This document shows, one piece after another, positions 29,900 to 40,457 of a stretch of DNA of 64,000 nucleotides. Every line of letters starts with the position of its first letter. The first letter of the stretch is position 1. The notes under the pieces are model-generated. The model saw only the letters and a list, made by a program, of their open reading frames with translations, did no database searches and was not told the origin of the DNA. The position numbers and the translations under genes were made by a program. This DNA is from the human T2T-CHM13v2.0 reference genome, Homo sapiens, in the NCBI RefSeq assembly GCF_009914755.1, contig NC_060942.1; one strand, written 5' to 3'.

Positions 29900-30524
29900 G
29901 TTTGTCTCCTAAGACTCAGAATAATTGGTCAGTTAATAAAAAAAAATTACTTGATAGCTACCATGGAAAAAAATTGTGCTAGATTTTGTGGGGATATGAG
30001 TAAGTTTAGATAAAAACCTTTAAGAAACAATCAGACAATTCAAATAATTGAAAATATTTTTAACAAGGATGCTAAACTATATGAATTGCCAAATCAATGA
30101 CAAAGATGATAAACATTACAAAAATTTGAGGCATGTACAGGTCAAAATCATGAAGAAATACAAATTAGAAAAAACGTTTTGCAGGTTACAGCATCAGGGC
30201 CATGTCTTTGGCTCTGCTCTCAGTGGAGAATATAGTCTGGAGTGAACTTCACTGTTGCTCTGGCCAGTGACACAGTCTTGAGTTTCTCTTCCCTGTCAGG
30301 TTATGCACATTGAAGCTTTCTCAATTTCCTTCCTCTCCTTAGATACAGGTGATCTTCCTTGTCTCACACATACCCCCTACACACACATGCACATACACGC
30401 TAACACACATACACACACATATCCAAATCTTGAGAGGCACAGCACTATGCTGAAAGTTTTAGCAAGAAAACCCAAATCATATGGGGTAGGAAAAAAGAAA
30501 ACAGAAGCGGTGGGTGCAGTCAGT

Positions 30525-32148
30525 TGCTAACTTATTAACCTCCTAAGTCCAATTACTTCATTGCCTTTGGGCTAAGGTAGAAGGCATGTGTAGCTGGAGG
30601 TAACTTCTTCCAAGAACTGGAAATTTTTCAATGTTGGCATTTCATAAGAACTTGAAGGGTCTAGTGTATGTTACCTCTTTATATTTCCCATTAAAAATAT
30701 GCCCAGGCTCACATTTGTAATCCCAGCAGTTTGGGAGGCCGAGGCAGGTGGATCACCTAAAATCAGGAGTTTGAGAGAATTTCAGCTAACAAACTCCCTG
30801 GTGAAACCTGGTGAAACCCTGTCTCTACTGAAAATACAACAATTAGCTGAGTGTGGTGGCAGGCACCTGTATTCCCAGCTACTTGGGAGGTTGAGGCAGG
30901 AGAATCACTTGAACCACGGGGGTGAAGACTGCAGTGAGCCAAGATCGTCCACTGCACTCCAGCCTGGGTGACAGAGTGAGACTCCATCTCAAAAAAAAAA
31001 AAAAAAAATGGACCCAGGGTTTTTTAATCAGATGTAGAAGGCTGGCCACCAAATACTTGCATTGCAATTGGCTGGAGCTAGAGATAAACTCTTAATGGTG
31101 TTAAGCCCTAAGATAGGGGGTTTTGTTTTTTAATAGCAGTTAGTGTTACTAAACTAAGCAATAAATACATTGATAATAGAAGCTAGGCATTGTCATCATA
31201 AAAAACCTTTAGTTTTTTTACTTTAGTGTAGCGTTAGCCAGTGGCAAGAAAACAGACACAGTAGTCTGGCAGCAAAATATTTGGTAAAACTGCCATGTGA
31301 AATAACTTGGAAGGAAGATCCTGCCCACTGAGCTTGTGGCTCTAGGGGAAGTGGTTGGAAAGATGCAGCAGAATAGTGAGTTAGCTTCTAATTGTGGCCT
31401 TTAGCGAAGTATTACAAGAAAGAGGTGAGTTCAGGAGAGAATTGGCTGATTTTCAAACAGACATTGAAAGAGAAGAAACAAATAAGCAAAGGGCTTTATA
31501 GGTTTAGGATAATAAGAATACATCTGAAACCTAGATTGGAAGAACTGTGGGTATAATTACTAGTGCAATGAAAAGTCTAGAAACAGCACATTTAAAATCT
31601 GCTAATATGTTAGAGAATTGTATTGTCAAAGAATTTGAAGGCTGGACTAAAATATGATTTAGGTGTTTGAATTATAAAACAACATTGGGTGTCAATCACA
31701 TTATCAGGAAGAGGGTTGCAAAAATTGTGCAGATTCTAAGGAACACTGCATGTTACTGTGGCCAAGTAGGACAATGAACTGTGAAAATTTTTCCAGAGGT
31801 GTGAGCCAGGGGCCTTGCAAAACAATGCACAGGAAACGTTGCCAAAGAAGACCTAATCCAGGCACTTTTCCAACTTCCCAGGGAAAGGGTCCTGCACAAA
31901 TTCCATTAGCAGAATTGTATATAAGCTAGGAAGTGTATCTTCTACGTTTGCCTTTTCTTACCAGGAGATAGGACCTAGGGAAAGGCAAACAGAAACTGAA
32001 AGCAGTCCCAGTTTCTGAATCAGTACACAAAAGGCCTCTTGCTGAATGTCTGCACAGGACATTGGATAAGACAGAAATACACTGTATTGGTTTAGCCATT
32101 GAGATTTGGTGGTTTGTTTGTTCCAGCAGTAAGTATTACCTTAAACAT
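30525..32148 (+). mobile_element. Old MaLR (MLT1) LTR, internal region and second LTR end
   Basis: MLT1-type LTR end 'ataaactc...gttaagccctaagat...tagcagttagtgttac' at ~31085-31160. MLT1-int motifs 'caaaatatttggtaaaactg...ataacttggaagg', 'ttacaagaaagaggtgagttcagg'. Second LTR end at ~32080-32148. Left boundary uncertain. Confidence 0.6.
30701..31008 (+). mobile_element. Alu SINE (AluS-type) with rearranged left arm
   Basis: Alu body and poly-A; 30775-30807 departs from the consensus. Confidence 0.93.
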
Positions 32149-32387
32149 TTTTTAAAAAGATAAAATTGAGTCAAAAAGAAAATAAATGCATGTAGACAAC
32201 AATATGGAGTTAGAATATGTAAGATAGGTTTATGAGATAGTGAGTTCTCCACTTATTAAATAAGTATTAAGATATTGAAGTTCTTAGTTTAAATGCAAAT
32301 GTGATGAAGTCAGGATATATTATTACTCATAGTTATTTTCAGTTGAATTAACATATCAGCTGTGCTTTTGTTACCCAGAAACTCCTT

Positions 32388-33505
32388 ATGGTAGATTTTG
32401 CAAAGAAAAAAAAAGCTGCACTTATCTTCTTGCTTTTGTCCACGTAGCCATCGATGTGATTCTGCAACTCTCACCATCAAGAAGTATAGTCTATTTCCCC
32501 AGGCTTTCAAGCTTTTGTATATTGCTTTGATACACGGAGTCAGAAAAAGTGAAATTGTACTCGTCTAAGCTGAGGCCTAATAGTCCTGGCATACCTCTGG
32601 TCTTGATTTTGGAATCCTGCAATATTGATTCAGTGGGACCTCGGTAATGCTCTGGATTAATGATCTCTTTAAAAAAAAATGGGAGTATGTATTTTGTTTT
32701 CCTGTCCCTGTGTCACAATTGTATATTGACTGTGATGGGTGAAGGGGGGATGGAAAATTTGTCTTTTTTGTTCATAAGTATAGAAACTAATAAAAGTTGC
32801 ACAATAAAAACTGCCTCTGGACCTAATGGAGATCATAAGGCCCTGAACTTCATGTGTGATATCATTATGAAATGAGGCTTTTATGGTGTGTTGGGAGAGG
32901 GTATGTTTTTCTTTAATGTGGGAAGGATATGAATAATTGTGACGAAAGGGCACAGTGTTGTAAACAGATTATAAAAATGGCTACAATTATTTCTCTCCTT
33001 TTATCAACACTGCTTTGCAATGAAACTTTGAAGCTTTTCCAATCAAGAGGCATAATCTATTTTTTCACCTTTTGAATCTGAACTAATCCTGTGAGGTGTT
33101 TTGACCAAGAGAATTCAGGGGCAGTAACAGTAAGCCAGTTTGAAGGCTAGGCCAGAAGGGGCTATGGACATGTCTGCTCTCCTTCTGTAAACCCTTATGT
33201 CCTGATGTAGACAAGCCCAGAGTGGCCTGCTGGGTGATGAAAGACAAGGAACCTATTCACATGATTCCAGTTGACTGCCAGCCAACAGCCAGGCATGAGA
33301 GTGAGGCCACCTAGACCAGTCAGCCCCCAGCAACCCAGCAATGAATCACATATACTAGAGTGAGTTTAGTTAAGATCAGCCAAGCCTGGCCAAGTCAACA
33401 GGCACACCCAACTTCCCATAGACTCCTGAGAAATAAGTATCTGTTCTTTTAAACCACTATATTTTGGTGTGGTTTGTTACCCAAGAATGGATAACTTATA
33501 ATACA
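32388..33505 (+). mobile_element. MLT1F-like MaLR: partial 5' LTR, 3' internal region and 3' LTR
   Basis: The LTR motif appears twice: 'gatgtgattctgcaactctcaccatcaagaagtatagtctattt' (32453) and 'gcaatgaaactttgaagcttttccaatcaagaggcataatctattt' (33017). LTR end 'ttttaaaccactatattttggtgtggtttgttac...ataca'. Confidence 0.75.
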
Positions 33506-34329
33506 TCCAGGAAAATTTTTAAAAAGATGCAAATTTTTAGCTATGCTGGTACAAAGCCTGAGAAAGGATAGAAAAAAATGCAGAATAAGGTGACGACAAG
33601 AAGGCCAGCACTGTTAGTGCAGTTAGTTTGAGGACATTGAGAAGTTAAGTGACAGTGAAAGAAAATCCACTGCACAGGTGAAAGGGGGGCAGAAAAGGGA
33701 GAAAGCATATTTGAGCAGAGGAAAATAGAAGAATATCAAAGGTCTGCTCTGATGCCTTATTTTCTGCTTTGCTAAGACCAGGTTTCATTTCTTGTGAATG
33801 ATTTTTGGAGAGCCCAAGTAAAGGCTCAGAGCTAAAAACTATATTAATAGATTCACAAGAAAGCAACCAACAAAAACCCACTGAGGATTATGCACATGTA
33901 ATAAAGTGGTAGGTAGGGTTAAGCACACAAAGACAACATAAAAACTCAAGCCACAAAAGAACTTTCTATCTAGTGAGAAAGCAAGAAAGATATACATTAC
34001 GTTTTAAAAGATAGCATTGTGTTATGATGTGATGTGTTGCTAGCTCTGAGCTACACAGAAGGAAATTGAAAGGAACACTAGAGAGTATTTGTCCAGGCAC
34101 TATTACTATTTAGATGTACTCTGCAATATCTATGCTGACTTAGGGACATATCAAATGAAAAACCTACCCTGCCTACTGTCTAGGACATGATTTTTAATAA
34201 TTATACTCATAACTAAGCTTCACTATAATGAAAAGATAAAAAGCAAAAACAACAAAGAGAAAGGATGGATGAGAAACTCTCTTAGTTTTTCTCTTATTTC
34301 ACTAGTTCCTCCTTCTCAATCTCTTTTCC

Positions 34330-34600
34330 TTTCCCTGATCCCTTGTTTTGTAGTGCCTCAGGACCCAGTCCTTAATCCTCTTCTATTCTCAAACCACATT
34401 GATTTCTTTGATGATAACATTCTGGCTTGCAGTTTTAAAGCCTCATAGGTGCTAATTCCAAAGTTTGCCATTCCCATTCATATATCACTCCCAATGTGCA
34501 TCACTAAATGGTAATTCTTCATCTCTACTTGGAAGTCTCACAGACAGATCAGACTCAACAGGTCTGAAATGAACTCTTGAACTTCTCCTAAAGCCTGATT
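34330..34600 (+). mobile_element. L2 LINE RT-region relic
   Basis: 'gtgcctcaggacccagtccttaatcctcttctattctc' is a decayed VPQGSVLGPLLF motif; also 'catctctacttgg...actcaacaggtctgaaatgaactc'. Confidence 0.7.
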
Positions 34601-34959
34601 CATCTATAAGTCTTTTTTTTTTACAATTATTCATGATATATTTCAATAGTTTCATAGCACAAGTTTCTCAAAAGAGTTATTCTAGACTGCGCTATCTTGT
34701 CAGAAGGGAAGACTCTTAGAAATATTCCAATTCAATAGTTACAAGGCCGAAGAATATGACAATTTTTTCTGAGTAAGCATTGGACATGAGTGCAATGAAG
34801 CACAGCACTGAAATATTATGATACAACAGACATAAAAAGAATCAATTAAACTAGGGTGGGGAGTATTGCACATAGAAGAGGGACTTTTCAAAAGCAACAC
34901 TGGAAACCAGCAGAGAGTAGAGGAAAGGCTTCAAAGACCTGTGTGAAAATTATCCTAAG

Positions 34960-35950
34960 CTATTTTAGATCATCAATAGCCAAGGACATTTGAGACATGT
35001 AAGTACTCCCTACGTATGTCCCTTGCACTCTCTTAGAAAACTGTTAGAGGATAAACACTAATAAAAAATAGATTAAAACGAAGAAAGAAGGTGTAAGATA
35101 CAGTAAATAGATACTCCCAAATGAATAAATAGCAAACAGAATTCCAGAATAACAATCAAGTCAGAAGCCTAAAGAGAAACAACCCTTAAATGTAGCAGGT
35201 ATGACAAAGATAGTCTATACAACAGGTAAATGATGAAGATGATGATGATGATAGATAGATAGATAGATACCTAGATAGATACGTAGATACATAGATAGAT
35301 GATTGATAGCTAGAAAGAGATTCATGCATACATATAGGAACAAAAAGAGGAAGGAAGGAGGAAAGGAAGAAAGACAAATGGCAATTTATGTGATGTGTTT
35401 CTGCACCTGGAAAAAATTATTGATAGGTACATAATAGCTTTATAGAAAAATATGAATAAAGAGAAAATGATAAAAATGTAAAAGTCAATTAACCTAATAA
35501 CTCCAACAGCAAAAAGTTACTCTAAAAAATGATAAAATACTTGGCCAATCAACATACAATATTTGCACAATTTTAATTAAACCTTGTCTATTTTTGTCAT
35601 GATTTTTTGAATTTGGGTAATTTATTTTATAAATTTTGTAGAGTAACTAAATAACTACCCACATTGGGAGAACGGATAAGGGCAAGTAAGAGTTCTTTGA
35701 AGAGTGATAAGGCGTCCTCTCCAGTAAGAATAGCCAATAGATATAGTATCTGAAATGTATGAATCAAGACATATCAGCATACATTATTGTGTAAGGAATA
35801 GGAAAATAATAATAGGGAAAATGATTACAAGAAATACAGTGTGGGTTTGGGAGGAGTAGATATTAAAGTGGTGTTTCTTCTATTTCTTTATATACTTACA
35901 TGCTATTTTTTTAAAACTTTGTTTAAAACTTTAAAATATCTTTAAAACAT
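34960..35950 (+). mobile_element. HAL1/L1M-like relic
   Basis: 'ctctcttagaaaactgttagaggat...aagaaagaagg...aattccagaataac...gcctaaagagaaacaacc' resembles recalled HAL1. Highly diverged. Confidence 0.4.
35230..35310. repeat. (GAT)n/(GATA)n compound microsatellite
   Basis: Directly visible. Confidence 0.9.
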
Positions 35951-36251
35951 AATGTGTTATTATTGAATTATCTCTGACATATGGCTAAATTAAAATGCAA
36001 AAGAAGAAAGTATATAAATAATATTTTTACATTTTAGTAAATACACACACTACACACACATTTAGGTATACATTGAACATCTCTCAAAACATAAGCAAGA
36101 AAAGGTGAAAGAGAATATTTTGGGGACATATTCTTGGCAAACAAGGTGAGTAGAATTATATTAATATTTCATTATACACACTTTTTAATGTTTAAATTAC
36201 TTTCCATAAAATAAATTTTCAATTAACATACCCTTCTATTAAAAATACCAG

Positions 36252-36513
36252 TGATAATGTTTGGCTTTGTGTCCCCACCCAAATCTCATGTTGAAATGTA
36301 ATTCCTAATGTTGGAGGTAAAACCTGGTGGGTGGTGACTGGATTATGCGGGAGGATCTCCTTCTTGCTTCTCTCATGAGACTGAGTGAGTTTTCTTGAAA
36401 TCTGATGGTTTAAAAGTATTTGGCACTTCCCCCTTCACTTTCTTTCTCCTGCCACCATGTGAAGACATGCTTGCTTCCCCTTCACCCTTCCGCCATAATT
36501 GCAAGTTTTCTGA
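36252..36513 (+). mobile_element. MST (MaLR) LTR, 3'-truncated
   Basis: 'tgataatgtttggctttgtgtccccacccaaatctcatgttgaaatgtaattcc', stopping abruptly at 'gcaagttttctgag'. Confidence 0.85.
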
Positions 36514-36515
36514 GA

Positions 36516-37113
36516 CACATCACAGGTGTCTCTTCTTTTTCTTACAAAGACACTAGTAATATGGGATTAGGACCTGATATGGTTTGGCTATGTCTCTCCA
36601 CTATATCTCATGCTGAATTGTAATTCCCAGTGTTGGGGGTGGGGCCTGGGAGGTGACTGGATCATGGGGGCAGAGTTCTCATGAATGGGTTAGCACCAAA
36701 CTCTCAGTGCTGTTCTTCTGATGGTGAATGAGTGAGTTATTGTGAGATTTGGTTGTTTAAAAGTGTATATCACCACCCCCCTCTCTCAGTCCTGCTCCTG
36801 CCATATAAGATAGCTGCTTCTTCTTGGCCTTCTGCCATGACTAGAAGTTCCCTGAGGTCTCCCCAGAAGCAGATGTCACTGTGCTTCCTGTATAGCCTGG
36901 GGAACTGTGAGTCAATTATATCTCTTTTCTGTATAAATTATGCAGTTTCAGGAATTTCTTTATGGCAGTGTGAGAACTGAGTAATACAGGACCCATCCAT
37001 ATGACTTCATTGAACCGTAGTTACCTCTTTAAAGGCTCCATCTCCAAATACAGTCCCATTCAGAGTTTGGGTTTCAATATATGCATTTGGGTGGGGAACA
37101 CAATTCAATCTAC
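36516..37113 (-). mobile_element. MLT1 (B/C-like) LTR fragment, split by an MST LTR
   Basis: 'cttacaaagacactagtaatatgggattaggacc' continues after the insert as 'catccatatgacttcatt...ccatctccaaatacagtc...acacaattcaa'. Confidence 0.75.
36575..36988 (+). mobile_element. MST (MSTB-like) solo LTR
   Basis: tgatatggtttgg...taataca termini with a perfect 5-bp TSD ggacc at 36570-36574 and 36989-36993. Confidence 0.92.
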
Positions 37114-37189
37114 AGTGCTGTGTTTTATGTATAATATGGGATGCATTTCAAATAGTTTGGGGTTCCTATAGAAGGCTGGACTTTGCAAA

Positions 37190-37400
37190 AGACACACTTG
37201 TGGAAGCCAGCTCTGCCACCTAGTAACTGGAATGTGAGCCTCTTTCCCAAAATCTCTTGCTTTAGCTTCTTTCTCTGTAATATGGAGACAACAATTTCAC
37301 AAGATTATGTGGGGATTAAATTTGATAATATATATAAAGCAAATAACTGAGTTTCTAGGATTATTTTAAAAAAACTTTATTAACTGTGGTATTACTAATA
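37190..37400 (+). mobile_element. MIR SINE
   Basis: 'ccagctctgccacctagta...ctctgtaatatggaga...gtggggattaaatttgataatatatataaagc'. Confidence 0.65.
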
Positions 37401-37959
37401 TGCAGTAAAATAAAATTTAATATTGTGCCCAATTAAATACCAAAAATGTAACATAACTGCTTTGCATATTTTGTTATTTTGTTATCCAATCAAAAACGGG
37501 TGTGATTTTTGTTAATACTCAGTGTTTCTTTGTTGAAGGCTATAATTGTTGAGCCTGGGGAACCATTAACCAGTATTTCTCACCCTCTTGGATACAGTCA
37601 GCTGTAAAGGGGTGATAGAGCAGATTCTTGCATCTCAAGATTCACTGCTGGGCCTGAAGAAAAGATAGGAGTGGGGCGTCCTCTGATAATAAAATCACCC
37701 TAGAAGAGGGGGCAGACTTTTATGCAATGTCTCTGATTTATTGAGTGTCTGTGTCTCATCTGTAAAAATATCTTATCAGGCTGTTCTGATAACTAAGTGA
37801 TGCCTGTATGCAAAAATAATTTTGAGTTCTGTAAAACTTGAAAAAGTCTCTAACATACCTATTTATTCTTCTTTCATATTTATATTAATTCTGTAAACAG
37901 TGGCCATTCACTTTTATTTTGTTCTCTTGTTTATATTACACAGTTATAGTTTCCTGCAC

Positions 37960-38950
37960 ATTATTCTTAAATACATCATGTGGACAGAAAACCACATTAA
38001 ATATCTATGTAAATTGCATTAACAATTACAGAACTGACACCTAGAAACTGCAACACATCAAAGAAATGGAACATTTGCTAACATGCCAGGCACTCCCCAC
38101 ACTGTTTACATCTTTCAAATGAAAACATCTTCCCTTCTTTCTGGAGCAAACCATTACCCTGGCTTTTGTGGTTACTATGTTTTTGTTACTCTTTATAGCT
38201 TCACCTACTATGATGTATTCTTAAACAATAGAGTTTGGTTTTCTTTGCTTTTAAACTTTATAAAAATAGTACCATACTCTATGCATGCCTCTTTTCTTTT
38301 TTTCATTTAATACCATATTTGTATTTACTTGTAAAATGGAATTCTACACAGCAATAAAAGTGAATAAAGTAGTTATAACAATAACTTTCATTGATTCAAA
38401 AATACAGAGAAACATAAATTAAAATAGAAAATATTCATTTTACTCACATCTTACTCATTCCTTGTGATAACAGTTAAGGAGTTTGCTATGTCTCCTAACA
38501 ATTTTTTTGCTATTCATTTGCATATAATTAGACTTGTGAGAATACCTTTTGAAAAAAAAAAAAAAAAGAAAGAAAGATCATACTCCACATACTATTCTGT
38601 GACTTCTTGTTTTGCTTAAAAATGTTTCTTGGAATCTCGGACCTCTGTCCCATAGAAAATGCATAAATCTTCCTCACCCTTCTTAATACTTAATACCGTA
38701 ATTATTGATACTTTCTGATAAACATACATTGTTTCCATTTTATTAGTGACAAAAATAATGCAATGGACATGCTTGCAGATACATTTTTAGGTATGTGAAT
38801 ATGCATTATTGTAGTCTAAATTATTAGAAATAAAATTTTTGGAACAAAAATTATAAATATTAAAAATTTGCAATTTTAATTCCTAAACTGATGCCAAATA
38901 GCCATTTATAAAAAGCTTTACTAATGTACTGTACCAAAATAGTGAGTCTA
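37960..38950 (-). mobile_element. Old L1ME-type 3' fragments, mostly antisense
   Basis: 'tttgctttttaaactttataaaaatagtaccatac', 'cattgtttccattttattagtgacaaaaataatgcaatggacat'. A short sense-like piece 'aaaatggaattctacacagcaataaaa' lies at ~38333. Confidence 0.5.
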
Positions 38951-39359
38951 GTCACTCAGTTTTTAATAGCATGGAACAACCACATATCCTTCTATTCACT
39001 ACAAATGTTTGCACCAGACCAAGCAAAAAACGAGAAATATGTGACACTGTTTCTTTGCTATGACCATCTCTCTTCTTCCATTAGACACCAACAAGTCATC
39101 ATGTTGCTTTACAGTCACTCATCTTATGTTACGTTCACATACAAAGCATGTTACAAGACTAGATTAGAAATGGGAATTCCATTTAAGAGTTGTCTCTCGA
39201 TATATATTTATTGAATGAGGAAGAACAAATGAACAGATGAGCCCCAAATTGTGCTAGGTACCGTGTGGATTACAGGAAGCTAGGCAAAAGTTCTCGTTTT
39301 CTGTTTTCTCATTTATAAAATGAAGAGTTCTGAAGTGAATTTGTGTCAAAAGTCCCTCC

Positions 39360-39700
39360 AGCCTGCTGCAGTGGCTCATGTCTGTAATCCTAGCATTTTG
39401 GGAGGCCAAGGAAGGAGGATCAATTGAGGCCAGGAATTTCATACCAGCCTGGACAACATAGCAAGACCCTGTTACTACAAAAAATGAAAAAAATAAAAGC
39501 TGGCCAGGCACTGTGGTATATGCTTGTAGTCCTACCTACTTGGGAGGCCGGGGTGGGGGATTGCTTCAATTCAGGAGTTTAAGGTTCCAAGTGGCACAGT
39601 GCGCTATGAGCACACCACTGCTCTCTACTCCAGGTTACAGAATGAGTTCCTATCTCAAAAACAAAACAAAAAAAAAAAAAAAAAAAAAAGAGAGAGAGAA
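39360..39700 (+). mobile_element. Alu SINE (AluJ)
   Basis: Diverged Alu with J-type 'ggaggatcaattgaggccagg' and 'acatagcaagaccct'; poly-A tail. Confidence 0.92.
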
Positions 39701-39747
39701 AAGGTGCCTACAACTAATAAATTATTTACTGAGTGGAGAGAAAAAAT

Positions 39748-40067
39748 GTGTGATGGTTAATTTTGTGCGTCAGCATGTCAACTTGGTCCGTACATATTTG
39801 GTCAAACACCAGCTTGGATGTTGCTGTGAAGGAATCTTTTAAAAAATAAGATTAGGCCTGGCGCGGTGGCTCACGCCTGTAATCCCAACACTTTGGGAGG
39901 CCGAGGCGTGCGGATCACGAGGTCGGGAGACAGAGACCATTCTGGGTAACGTGGTGAAACCCCATCTCTGGCAGGAGAGGGCGTCAACCCAGGAGGCGGA
40001 GCTTGCAGTGAGCCAAGATCGCGCCACCGCACTCCAGCTTCGGCGACAGAGCGAGACTCAGTCTCAA

Positions 40068-40102
<35 letters not shown>

Positions 40103-40457
40103 GATTAACATTTATTTTAATCAGTAGATTTTGAGTAAAGCAGATTACTCTCCATCACATAGGACCTCATTCAATTAGTTGAAGATCTGAAGAGAAAACA
40201 AACTAAGGTCTCCCGAAGAAGAAGAAATTTTGCCTCCAGACTGCTTTTGGACTGAAGCTGCATTATCTACTCTTCCTTGAATCTCCAGTCTGCTGGCCTG
40301 CCCTAAAAATTTGGGACTTCCCACAATCATGTGAGCCAATTCCTTAAAACAGTGCACACTTGCTTGCTCTGTCTCTCTCTGTCATATATTAGAGAGAGAG
40401 AATGAGATGACAAACAGGATATATGTTCTGTTTCTCTAGAAAACCATGACTAATACA
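39748..40457 (+). mobile_element. MLT2 (ERVL) LTR, split by an AluY
   Basis: 'tgtgatggttaattttg...tgtcaacttgg...tgagtaaagcagattac...tgtgagccaattcctt...ttctgtttctctagaaaaccatgactaataca'. Confidence 0.88.
39855..40096 (+). mobile_element. AluY with a central deletion and (TAAA)n tail
   Basis: Y-type 'ggcgtcaacc' and 'gagcttgcagtgag'. Perfect TSD aaataagatta at 39844-39854 and 40097-40107. Confidence 0.93.
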
